From: Mustelus asterias
Taxonomy: Eukaryota
Length of the DNA: 64,000 nucleotides
Assembly: GCF_964213995.1 (NCBI RefSeq)
Contig: NW_027591003.1
Coordinates: 1-64,000, forward strand
Direction of reading: 5' to 3'
Shown here: positions 39,346 through 51,300 of the stretch, one piece after another
How positions within the stretch are numbered: position 1 is the stretch's first letter
Layout of the letters: each line of letters starts with the position of its first letter
Notes under the pieces: model-generated
Told to the model about the DNA's origin: nothing
Database searches by the model: none
Seen by the model: only the letters and a program-made list of their open reading frames with translations
Program-made: the position numbers and the translations under genes

Positions 39346-42300
39346 GTGTTTGGTGTGTGTGTGTTTATTGTGTTTGTGTGTGTGATTTGTGTGTGTTTTA
39401 TGTGTGTTTGTTGTGTGTGCGTGTTTTGTGTGTGTGCGTGTTTTGTGTGTGTGCGTGTTTTATGTGTGTTTGTGTGTGCGTGCTTTGTGTGTGTGCGTGT
39501 TTTGTGTGTGTTTGTGTGTGCGTGCTTTGTGTGTGTGCGTGTTTTGTGTGTGTTGGTGTGTGCGTGTTTTGTGTGCGTACGTGCACCATGATCTGTTTGA
39601 ATGCTGGCGCAGTATCGATGGGTCAAATGGCCTACACCTGCTCCTATTTTCCTTTGAGATTTAAATACATTGACACACATGCACGCTGACACACACACAC
39701 AGAAAGATATACACAGTGTTGACGTATTTATTGACCACTTAATGTGACTGAATGCTACACATCCCAGTTTACCAAAGACACACAATATTCAGCAGCATTG
39801 TAAACAGCGCAGCTGGAAACATCAAATTGGGGATTTGGTTTGAAAAAGGGTCAAAGCCTCTCTTGCTGAAGGCTGTTTGTCTATATTGTGCTGACAGTGA
39901 TACACTGCCATCCTCTGCTGCCTGCTGGGCATTGCTCCAGCCGCAGAGAGAGTGAAGTAGATCAGAAACTCACTGGGAGAGAATGCAGCTTCACACAGTA
40001 TCCATCCAAAATGACAGGAGCATCAGCACACACACAAGCTCCGTGTGGAGACTGAGAGGGGCTCAGTGTGGAACACAAACCTTCACACTAAACCTGGAAG
40101 GACATTGATAAAGAGTTTAAAACAAAACTTCAGCAAATGTTTTGAAACATTTTGGTCCGTGGAAAAGTGCAGTGTGTAAAAAGCTGAAGATGTTTCCATT
40201 TCACATCTTCCTGCTTTGGGGAAATGGGAGTTATCTTTGCATTTACAGGGATATGGGGAGGGAGGTGTTTGAATGGACATTCAGCTTTTTGGGTGATTAA
40301 AGTGTTAATTTGTTTCCAGAAGCTGTTTACAGTGATTGTCCCGAGAGATTGTATTGTTTCAGTGATGTCGACGTCTCCAATACTTCAGACAGAGGAAGGA
40401 AACAATATACAAAAGGAAAGATTGGGGGAATCACTACATTGAAGGTGTGAGGCCTCATCACTCTCTGTCTGGTTTTGTTCTGAAATCTTTACATTGCTCT
40501 TGTCCTTGTTGGGAATATCACTGCGGTTTGAGAAAAGCAAACACTGATCCCACACTAAACACCCCCCCAACACAGGACTGAGCAGAGAGTGTGAAATGTG
40601 ACTGGTGTCAGAGTGGATTGTCAAACTGACAGAAGGGATTTGAAAAATCTCTAAATGATTCATTGATTAAAAACTCTAACATTAATGTCCCGCATCATAA
40701 ACATCTGCTTCTTTATTGTATCTTTCTTTTACAGATCAAGTGATGGGTTGAATTTTGGACGGTGTAGATTTCCCTCAGCTGATTATTAAGCTTTCTGATT
40801 GACACAAATACAATATCTGCTGTCGGTGACTCCAACAGTGAAATTCTCTCAGTTTATCATTCTGAATCTGTCACTGAGACAATTGTGGGCGGTAGTTCAG
40901 TTTTCAGTGTGAAATGTAGAAGGTAACTTTTGTTGTAATGTAATTGTAGTTAATAGTTTTCCTGTAGTTTAAATCTCAGGTATAAATTAATAACTTTTCT
41001 CGTTCCTTATTCACAATTGTTCATTTCCCGTGATGTTGAGCTCTGGTTTTCTCTTTCTGGTGTCTGGTACAGCTGTACAGATATTGGGCAGCTCAGAGCG
41101 GGTGGGGTCTGATCTCATTGTGAAGCTCAAAGGTCAGATTCACTTTTGTTAACTTTAAAATCAATTTTCCTGTCAAATATTCTCTGAATTTTTAAATAAA
41201 TATTGAATGGAAAATTAAATCTGACTTTGCCAAACTCTCTTTCTGTATTTCTCTGTTAGTGTGTTTATGTGTGTGTGTCTCTCTGTCTCTATCTCTCTGT
41301 GTATCTGTGTGTCTCTCTGTCTCTGTACTTCTCTGGATCTGTGTCTCTCTCTCTGCCTCTGTGTGTATATCTCTCTATGTATCTGTGTGTGTCTCTCTGT
41401 CTCTGCATTTCTCTGTATCTGTCTCTGTCTCTGTGTTTCTCTGTCTCTGTGTGTCTCGATGCTAAGGGCCTAGTATTTCAGGCTCTGACCTGAACCCACA
41501 ATCTCTCTGACTCTGAGCGAAGATGACTCCATTGAAGGTGTGAGGCCTCATCACTTTCTGTTTGGTTTAGTTTTGTAATGTTTACATGTTTAAACACTGA
41601 AACCTCTTGCCCTTGATAAGTTGGGAATATCACTGCGGTTTGAGAAAAGCAAACACTGATCCCGCACTAAACACCCCCCAACACAGGACTGAGCAGAGTG
41701 TGTGAAATGTGACTGGTGCGAATGTGGATTGTCTTTTAAAAGTGGGTGAGAAACACTTCATTTTCAAATCTTTACCCTGCTTCTGTAGCGTCTCAGATTC
41801 CACCTAATCTGCACATCTTTGGACTGTGGAAGGAAACCGGGGCACCCGGAGGAAACCCATGCAGACACAGGGAGAATGTGCAAACTCAACTCCCAACCGA
41901 GAATTGAATCCTGGTGCTGTGAGGCAGCAGTGCTAAACACTGTCCACCATGTCGCCCTATCCCATGTATTGGGACACGGTGAAAAGTATTGTTTCTTGCA
42001 CGCTACACAGACAAAACATACCGTTCATAGAGTTCATTCGGGAGAAGGAGAGGAGAGCAGTTACCGATAGGGTATAGAGAAAGATCAGCTTAATGTATGG
42101 TAGGTCCACTCAAAAATTAACATTCTGACCAAACACTAAAGCTTTCCACAAAACAAGGCTCACAAATTCAACACCACTTTCCTTTGTCCGCTCTCCCATC
42201 ATGCTGTGCGCGGAGTCTCTGATCGATGCTAAGGGCCTAGTATTTGAGGCTCTGAGCTGAACCCACAATCTGTCTGATTCTGAGGGAAGATTACTGCCAC

Positions 42301-42469
42301 TCAGATACAGCTGGCTGCAATATCCCCTTGAAATATATCTGTTGTGTACAGAGTCACATGTTTTTTTTCCCTGTGTCTGCTGTCCTTAAAGAACTATTGA
42401 ATAATCTAAACATCCGCATTTATTATCACAGAACAAGGCCAACATGGGGGAATCGAGTATCAGGTTTAA

Positions 42470-43173
42470 AAGTTTGTTTATTAGTGTCACAAGTAGGGTT
42501 ACATTAACACTGCAATGAAGTTACTGTGGAAAATCCGTAGTCGCCATGCTCTGGCGCCTGTTTGGGCAACTTGGGGAGAATTTAGCATGGCTGATACACC
42601 TAACCAGCGCGTCTTTCGAACTGTGAGAGGAAACCGCAGCACCCGGTGGAAACCCATGCAGACACGGGGAGAATGTACAAACTCCACACAGACAGTGACC
42701 CAAGCCAGGAATCAAACCCGGGTCCCTGGCGCTGTGAGGCAGCAGTGTTAACCACTGTGCCGCCCCTCATTGAAACATTGTGCAGTTGTGGAATGCACAG
42801 GATAGGAGGGATGTGATAGCACTGGAAAAGGTGCAGAGGAGATTCACCAGGATGTTGCCTGGCCTGGAGAGTTTTAGTGCATAGAATCATAGAATCCCTA
42901 CAGTCCAGAATGAGGCCATTCGACCCATCAAATCTGCACGGACTCTTACCCAGGCTTACCCCGTAACCCCACGTGTTTTCCCGCTAATCCCCCTAACCTA
43001 TACATCGTGGGACCCTAAGGGCAATTTTGCATGGACAATGCACCCGGAGGAAACCCACGCAGACACGGGGAGAATGTGCAAACTCCACACAGACAGTAAA
43101 CCGAGGCCGGAATTCAACCTGGGTCCCTGGCGCTGTGAGGCAGCAGTGCTAACCATTGTGCTACCGTGCCGCC
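42470..43173 (-). mobile_element. Two V-SINEs: non-CR1 tail (42470-42767) and HE1/CR1 tail (42880-43173)
   Basis: Shared head and V-domain, different 3' ends. Confidence 0.8.
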
Positions 43174-43204
43174 ACTCGAACTGAGGAGAGATTTTATAGA
43201 CTGA

Positions 43205-43339
43205 GGGTGTGATCTTACCACCTGTTGACGCCACACTCCCGCTCAGCGAGGTCGGAGAATCTGGTGTCCAGCCAAACCTCCTTTCACTGCAGTGGGGTGG
43301 GAAAATCCTGCCGGCCTGAACGGTGATAAGATTCCACCC
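43205..43339. mobile_element. Short MITE-like element inserted in a plus-strand CR1 fragment (CR1 continues 43340-43720)
   Basis: Imperfect terminal inverted repeats GGGTGTGATCTTACCACC / GGTGATAAGATTCCACCC; CR1 ORF 43345-43824 follows. Confidence 0.5.
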
Positions 43340-44384
43340 TGGGGTTGTTTTCCGTGGAGCAGAGGAGGCTGAGGGGGAACATGATGGAGGTGGATAAGAT
43401 TATGAGGGACATCGATAGAGTAGATGGGAAGAAAGCTTTCCCCTTGGTGGTGGGATCAATGACCAGGGGGTATAGATTTAGGGTAAGTGGCAGGAGGTTT
43501 ACAGGGGATGTGAGGAAAACCTTTTTCACCCAGAGGGTGGTGGGAGTCTGGAACTCTCTGCCTGAAAGGGTGGTGGAGGCAGAGACCCTCAGAACATTTA
43601 GGAAGTGCTTAGCTATGCATTTGCAATGCCAAGGCTTACCAGGCCGTGAGCCAAGTTGGGTGATTTGTCTTTGGCCGGCACAGATGCAATGGGCCGAAGG
43701 GCCTTTTCTGTTCTCTAGACCTCCATTGCTAAAACACAACCTCACTGACCCAGCTTCTGGTCATCCATCCAAATCTCTCCCTCCACAGCTCGGGGACAAA
43801 TCCTGCCGCGCAATCTTCCTTTGAAGTGGCTTTGGACATTTCATTCTCCGTGAGGACTTGTCCGGACAGTGGTTGCTGTTGTTGTGTTTGTCTCAGTGTC
43901 AGCTCAGAAACATGGACAACATGTTAGAAATGGCCGTCTCCCAGTGAGTGTGAGGACAGGGCAGGCTTTGAGCGAGGCCTGGGCCGCTCCCTGAAGGACA
44001 CAGGGCCACCATTGTGCTTTTTGCTGACAAACAGAAAGCTTTCACCCCTCTCTCTCTCTCGTGTCTCATCTCACTCACATTCTGCCCCTTCCATTCACTC
44101 TGTGCTGCTTTCTGGAGGAGGCTGCCAGCTTTATCCGCCACAGAGCATCTGCCAACAAGAACATCAGATGAAACTTTCCATTCCCCAAGTCCCTCTTTCC
44201 TCTCTGCTCCTCGCTGTCTTTCCGGAGGAAATGGGATGGGAAGCTGATGGGAAAAGATTTGCAGGGCTCCAGGGACAAGGTGGAGCAGTGGGACTGGCTC
44301 GATTGCTCTAGCAGAGAGTCGACACCAGCTGAATGGGCTGAATGGCCTCCTTCATTCTGTGGCTATTCTATGGTTGACACACAA

Positions 44385-45425
44385 TAGATAGTCAATATCT
44401 TTTCCCAAAGGTAGGGGAGTCTAAAACTCGAGGGCATGGGTTTAAGGTGAGCGGGGAGAGATACAAAAGTGTCCAGAGGGGCAATCTTTTCACACAGAGA
44501 GTGATGAGCGTCTGGAACAAGCTGCCAGAGGTAGTAGTAGAGATGGACACAATTTTATCTTTTAAAAAGCATTTAGACAGTTACATGGGTAAGATAGATG
44601 TAGAGGGATATGGGCCAAATGTGGGGAATTGGGACCAGCTGAGGGGTTAAAAGAAAAAGGGCAGCATGACAAGTTGGGCCAAAGGGCCTGTTTCCATGCT
44701 GTAAACATCTATGACACTATGACAACTTGTCATTCAAAGGGCCTGTTTCCATGCTGTAAACATCTATGACACTATGACAACTTGTCATTCAAGTTTCTAG
44801 GTGTCCAGATCACCAACAACTTGTCCTGGTCCCCCCCATGCCGACACTATAATTGAGAAAGCCCACCAACACGTCTACTTTCTCAGGAGGCTAAGGAAAT
44901 TTGGCATGTCAGCTACGACTCTCACCAACTTCTACAGATGCACCATAGAAAGCATCCTTTCTGTATCACGGCTTGGTATGGTTTCTGCTCTGTCCAAGAC
45001 TGCAAGAAATTACAAAAGGTCGTGAATGTAGCCCCGTCCATCACGCAGACTAGCCTCCCATTCATTGACTCTGTCTACACTTCCCGCGGCCTTAGAAAAG
45101 CAGCCAGCATAATTAAGGACCTCATGCACACATTCTCTCTTCCACCTTCTTCCGTCAGGAAAAAGATACAAAGTCTGAGATCACGTACCAACCGACTCAA
45201 GAACTTTCCTGCTGCCCTCAGACTTTTGAATGGACCTGCTACATATTAGATTTATCTCTCTCTACACCCTACCTATGACTGCAACACTACATTCTGCACC
45301 CTCTCTTTTACTTCTCCCCGATGTACTCTATGAACGGTATGTTTTGTCTGTACAGCATACAAGAAACAATACTTTTCACTGTATCCCAATACATGCGACA
45401 GTAATAAATCAAATCAAATCAAAAT
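44385..45425 (+). mobile_element. CR1 3' end followed by a Rex1-clade LINE 3' fragment (~44790-45425)
   Basis: FTQRVMSVWNKLP, then YFLRRLRKFGMSATTLTNFYRCTIESIL and an AATAAATCAAATCAAATC tail; ~55-bp tandem duplication at the junction. Confidence 0.85.
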
Positions 45426-45897
45426 CCTCCCAATTCTTTCCTCCACGATAGGTCGCAGCATTTAAAGAACACGCCCAGGGCCCAGTGCTGAGTCTGAGGG
45501 TATGTGACTACAGTAAGGTGAGTGATACAGGAGGGTCTCACTGTCTGAGGGAGGTGAGTCTTAGCCGGGGGGTGCGTGAGTGACCCAGGTTAATCTGACA
45601 CTCCAGGGACAGTTGGAATGGAGCTTTCCCCCGGGCTGTCCCCTCCCCGTGTCTGCGTGGGTTTCCTCCGGGTGCTCCGGTTTCCTCCCACAGTCTGAAA
45701 GATGTGCTGGTTAGGGTGCATTGGCCATGCTAAATTCTCCCTCAGTGTAACCCGAACAGGCGCCGGAGTGTGGGCGACTAGGGGATTCTCACAGTAACTT
45801 CATTGTAGTGTTAATGTAAGCCTACTTCTGAGACTAATAAATAAACTGAAACTGAAGGTCAAGGTGCTGCTGTGACAATGCACTCTTGTTTAAACAC

Positions 45898-46250
45898 TCT
45901 GCAATGCTGAGACTGGGAGAAGTGACCAACAGGGGGCAGCATTGCAGCTTCTGTCCCCCTATTGAAACTGGGATTGTTGCTCCATCTGCTGCACAATCCC
46001 AACCCCATCCACTGGGGGCAACCTGGACAATGGCTGCAGAGAGACCTCACTGCGCATGCGCAGCAATGACACCCACCGCCGGCGGCCATTTTGCGTTGCC
46101 AAGGGAGGCGGCCAGCGGCCATATTGCGTTGCCAGGGGAGACGGCATCAATGCGGCGGCGTCCCGCGCGCTGACCTCTGGGAGCATTCCCGTCCCGCACA
46201 TGCGCACAGGCAGCCCCCGGCAGCGTCACAGCGACGCCTGGTGGCCAGGA
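45898..46250. promoter_or_regulatory. Second copy of the CTCF/NRF1/YY1/RFX promoter-like island (two modules)
   Basis: Paralog of 23180-23560; perfect NRF1 palindrome TGCGCATGCGCA at 46051-46062. Confidence 0.6.
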
Positions 46251-46840
46251 AGGGCAATAGCAGCAGCACAGTCTCTGCCCAAAGGCTTCCCCAGTTCAGC
46301 TGCTCAGAGACACTGGGAATGTCTTCAAGTGGAAACTTCAGCTTCTCACATTCAGCCCCTGTGTTCAGTCATTGTTTCCGAGACAACCTCTGTAGTCACA
46401 TCACAAACAACTTGTTCACATTGAAGGCCATGGCAATCTGGACCATTCGGCTTCAAAGCCATTGAGCTTTGAAATTTCAATTGAAATGTTGGAGATGAGA
46501 GTTTATCGATGCAAGTCATGTTGCATGTGGAACGCTCACGATGCCACAATTAGAGCGGTGCAGACATCTCACAGGGTTGTGTGACTGGAGGAGATGTCAG
46601 AGACGGGTTGGTTAAATATAGAGGGACACGGTCTGAAGCTAAGTTTTGGGTAAAAGATGGCAGTAATGTTGTGACATTAATTTAGCTTCAGATCGTTGCT
46701 GGGGAGGGGGATAGAGAGGTTGGGGAGCGATGTTTGTATTGGGGCAATCTCTCTCTCTCTCATCATGTATAGATATGAATCCATCTCTCACTCTCTATCT
46801 CTCTTTACCCATTGTCTCCAGAGTCTTGTGAAGGCGCAGA

Positions 46841-47680
46841 CCGGCGGAGAGGGGGGCTGTGGACGCCGGGGTGACCAGAATCGGGGACGTGCTCGATGGC
46901 GGAGGAGCGGGCTGGATGAGTCCCCCCGTGCTGGCTGAGCGCGCAGGGACGTCCGTATGGCGCGCGGCCAAAGCCATCCTAGACCTTAGGACGGTCGCGC
47001 TCGGCCCCGAAACTGCACGCAAACTTGAGACGGCGCAGGCGTGCGGTGGGATCCCGCCCGAGCGTTCCCCTGTTCGGGCGGAATTCCACATTGGCCCAAA
47101 GCCTCAGCCCCCTCCCCTGGGTGAGGAGCCCCACAGCCTGAGCCGCCTCGCGGAAATGCCCTCCGTGCCTTTTTCTACCGCGCGGAGGCGTTTCCTGTGC
47201 GGGCTGCTGCTGCACACCCTCCACTACCGCCTCCTCGCCTGTCGCCCGGATACACCTTGGCGGGCCTTGTTGCCGCCGGGCGGCGGAGGTCCCCGCTGGA
47301 GGTCCCTCTACGGAGGGATCTCCCCCAATTACGTCGGGGACCTGGAGTGGAGGGTGATGCATGCAGCAGTTCCGCACAACCGTAGGGTTCACTGGTTCAC
47401 GGGCTCCGAAGACTGCCCTTTCTGTGGCCTTGTGGAGTCCGTGGACCATGTCTATGTTGAGTGTCTTAGGCTGCACTCCCTTTATGTTTTTCTAAAGATC
47501 CTTTTATTGATGTTTTGTTTGCACTTCAGTCCCACGCTCCTGATCTACGGACACCCGGTGCGGAGAGGGGAGGGTCGGGATGGCGACCTCCTCGTGAACC
47601 TGCTCCTGGGCCTGGCGAAACGCGCCATTTACCGGTCCAGGCAGCGGGCGATCGAGGGGGCCGTCCATCCTGACTGTGTT
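46841..47680 (+). mobile_element. Tx1/L1-clade retrotransposon ORF2 C-terminal fragment (zf-RVT-like)
   Basis: ORF 46859-47725: DLEWRVMHAAV...CPFCGLVESVDHVYVECLRL...LLLGLAKRAIYRSR; CpG-rich; truncated at both ends. Confidence 0.9.
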
Positions 47681-48380
47681 CGTATGAGTGAGAGAGAGCA
47701 TGGGAATGTGTGTGAGACGAAGTGAGAGTGTACGGAAGAGGGAATGTGAGAGGGATAGTGCATGTGTGTGTGTGAGAGAGAGAATGTGTGCGCGAGACTG
47801 TGCTTATGTGAGAGACTGTGTCTGTGTGTAAGAATGTGTGTTAGAGTGTGTGCATGTTCTATGTTTGTGAGAGAGTGATTGTGAGAGAGCCAGTGTGTGA
47901 GAACAAGAATGTAGAGGTGTGAGATAGTGTGCGCAAGAAAAATAGAAATATGTGCGTGTGTGTGAGAGCGAGAGATGCGTGTGCAAGAGGAATTGTGAGA
48001 GAGCATGTGAAGAAATGTGAGACAGCTTGAGCGTGTGTGACAGAGAGTGGAAGAGAGAGAGTGCATGTGAGAGTGCGTGCGCGAGAGTGTGAGACTGTGC
48101 TTATGTGAGAGTGTGTGTCTGTGTATAAGAGAGAATGGGTGTGTGTGTGGGGATGTGAGCGCTTTTGTGTATGGGGATGTGAGAGATTGATGGAGAGAGC
48201 GAGACGATGTATGTATTTGTATTGAGAGAGTGTATGAGTAACGTGAGAGAGAGAATGTGTATGGGTGTGTAAGAGAGACCGTATGAGAGAGAAAGTAAGT
48301 GTGAGTATGTATGTGTGTGTGTGTGCATGTGTGAGAGAATATGAGAGTATTTATGTGTGTGAGAGTGTGTGATGTGTATA
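47681..48380. repeat. Degenerate GA/GT simple-sequence tract
   Basis: Directly visible. Confidence 0.9.
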
Positions 48381-51300
48381 AGTTTCTATTTGGCTGATTC
48401 AGTCTGGAAAACACACTCACTCCACACATACTCACCCATTCACACAGTAAGTGGGAGTGACAAGTGAGCACAATACGGAGCGCGGGCCAAGGGTTGGAAA
48501 AACATTTAAATCTTTCGCAATTCGTCGCAATTGAATAATTTCCTCTTTCCTCAATGAGGGAAACCTGTAAAAACTCAAGAAATTTGACACAATCCAGGGC
48601 AAAGCCACCCACAGGATTATCCGCCCCCTCATTCACCCTATTCTCTCTCTCCATCACTAACAAGCAGTGACAGTAGTGTGTATTATATACAAGACGCACT
48701 GCAGCAACTCACCAAGGCTCCATAGTAAACACTGTCCAAACCCGTTGCCTTTATATCCTAACAGGATAAGGGCAGCAGCCACATATGAACACTACCACCT
48801 GCAAGCTCCCCTCCAAGACACACACCATCCTGACTTGAAACAATACCTCAGTTCCTTCTGGGTCAAAATCCTGGAACTTCCGCCTAACAGCACGGCGGAT
48901 GCCTGCAGCATATTGATTGCAGTTATTCAAGGATGCTTCATATCAACACTTTCTCAAGGAACAATTATTGATGATTAAAGCTTCTGGCCGAGCAAATGAC
49001 TCTAAAATAGCTTTAGAAGATTAAAAATAAGATGCAAATGAATTTGAACCTTCAACTGTCATACCAAACAGGTCATGGACTGCTTTACTACGGAGCATAA
49101 TATAGTAAATCTCACTTTGTATTTGCTCATCGAACATTCCCAAGGCCGGTACATGACTGGTTAAAAATCATCCAAATCTCCCTCTACAATCTGACGTTTC
49201 TGCTCTCTCTGATGGTCACAATATGCTTTAGGGATCTCATTTCTGAGACGCCGAGCCAAACATCAAGTCAAACTGTCACATTTCTCACAGATACCAGTTT
49301 ATTGAAGAAATAAATCAAATTTCACTCCCTGAAATACAGCAGAAGGAACCAGCAGTTTTACAACCAGTCAGGCAGTTTCCTGGCCCCAACACGGTGACCA
49401 CGCGCGCAGAAACAGAACAGACACAAACGGTGCAACAATCGATTTTCCAGCGGGTAGGGATGATCAATCAGTCAATTTAATTCAAACTGTTTGATTCTAA
49501 TTGATCAATGATCAATTTACAACAGAAAATCAATAACCTCTTTTAAATAAAACTGATATTCATTTCAAAACTCCTGTCGATTTTTAATTATGTCTCTCTG
49601 CCTGTCTCACTTCTCGAAAACTATGTAAAAATGTAATTTCGCTGAAAATTAGGAATCAAAAATAACAGATTCAGGACAGTTCAATGTCCCCGACAGAGAT
49701 ACAGTGACACAGTAAGGATTAAATAAACCAAGAAACATTTACATTGAAAATCATTACCTGATTCGATCTAATTTCTTAATTAAATGTAATCAACAAAATA
49801 TTCGAGGTAAAACACCTTATCGAGCTAAGCATAGCTGATGAAAGAAAGGTTTTGTTTCTGAATTCATTTTCGATACAATTAAACATTCTCTGAAACGGAT
49901 GATACTTTGCACGCCCGTGCATTATTCAAGGTATTTTGTTTTGAATTAATTAGCACCAATATTATATTTTGTTTTGTTAATTGCCGGTTACTTTTCCTGT
50001 TAGCTGATTTGTACTCCCTAATAAAATCAGTTTTCAATCATTCAAAACTTTCCCTGCCTCGAACATTGTGAAGTAATTAGGTTCCAATTAAATATTAAAC
50101 GATAAACTTCAAATTACTGAATGGAAAGATTCAGACATCTGTAATTCATTTGCTTCAATCGAATAACATTGTCATGTTTTTTCATTTCCACTTTTACTCC
50201 AAATGCCTTATTATAACCTGCAAACGTGTTAAGAATGCATGTTTCTGACTTTGTATATACTGTAACGGCCTGGCAGTTTGAGGTCAATGAAGCTGCTTCC
50301 GAGATTTAATAATTTGGACCATCCATATAATTTAATTACTGAACATATTGTTTAAATTAAGAAGTTCTGAATTAAACAATGAAAAACACAATGAGGACAA
50401 TTGATTCAAATCCTCTGCAACACTGAAACATGATGCACAAAATAAGTCGAGACTTTCTCTTCAGTATAATATTTAATACTAATTAAACACAATGCTCAAA
50501 TAGAATCAATTCTTCCATTCTGTCATTTATTCATCCAATAATTCTATTCTATGTTCAGCAGTAATGGGAGACAGGATGTTATTATTAAATGCAGCGCAAA
50601 TATTACTCATATAAAAATATGATAATATTATAAAAAATTAATTAATTGAATTTCAAGTCTTAAATTGTAAATCTCGAGCCAGTTTCTGTTGACACCTTAC
50701 GACAATTCAAACACCATTATATGAACAATTGTTTAGTGTTAGCGAATTCCACCTGTCAGAAAACTGTGTTCACTCTGTCAAATTTATTTAAACTGTGAGA
50801 TTCTAATTGATCAATTTTCCAACTACAACAACAAAAATCAATAACTTCTTTTAAATTAAACTGATATTCATTTCAAAATTCCCTTCGAATTTTAACTATT
50901 TCTCCCTGTCTATCTCAAATCTCGAAAACTAGGCAAAAAATATTTTTTTTTCTGAAAATGTGCACATCAGATATAACCGATCCAGGGTAGTGTAATGTCC
51001 CTAACAGAGATACAGTGACGCAGTAAGAATTGTAATTCATGATTTACTTTAATCTGCAAGCATCAGTTAACATGAATAAAATGCTCAAATATATATTTGT
51101 TTTATTTTTTCCGATACCAGTTTGTTTTATCCTGACAAGGATGTTTAAACGCAGTTTGTTTTTTTCATTTAGCGGGAAAAAGTGTAACCGCTCAGGATCA
51201 CCGAGTTGAAACAATACAGAAACAATTGAGAAACACCAAACCATTTCACAAATTTTGAGATGAGATTAGTGATTAATTATCTCTGCATCCAACTACAAAT

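Larger units (their letters stand above)
25077..46845 (+). repeat. Segmental duplication copy B (more complete)
   Basis: Collinear with copy A, and retains 31197-35327 and 39680-45762, which are absent from A. Confidence 0.9.

Noticed and set aside
48436-48564. 129-nt minus-strand exon-like segment (TTTTTACAG|...TGG|GTGAGT) as a constant exon
   Set aside because: Too short, no C1-set pattern, and it hits TGA four codons in when spliced in J's phase.
47629-48699. 356-aa His/Thr/Ser-rich ORF
   Set aside because: Mostly a translation of CA/CT simple repeat.
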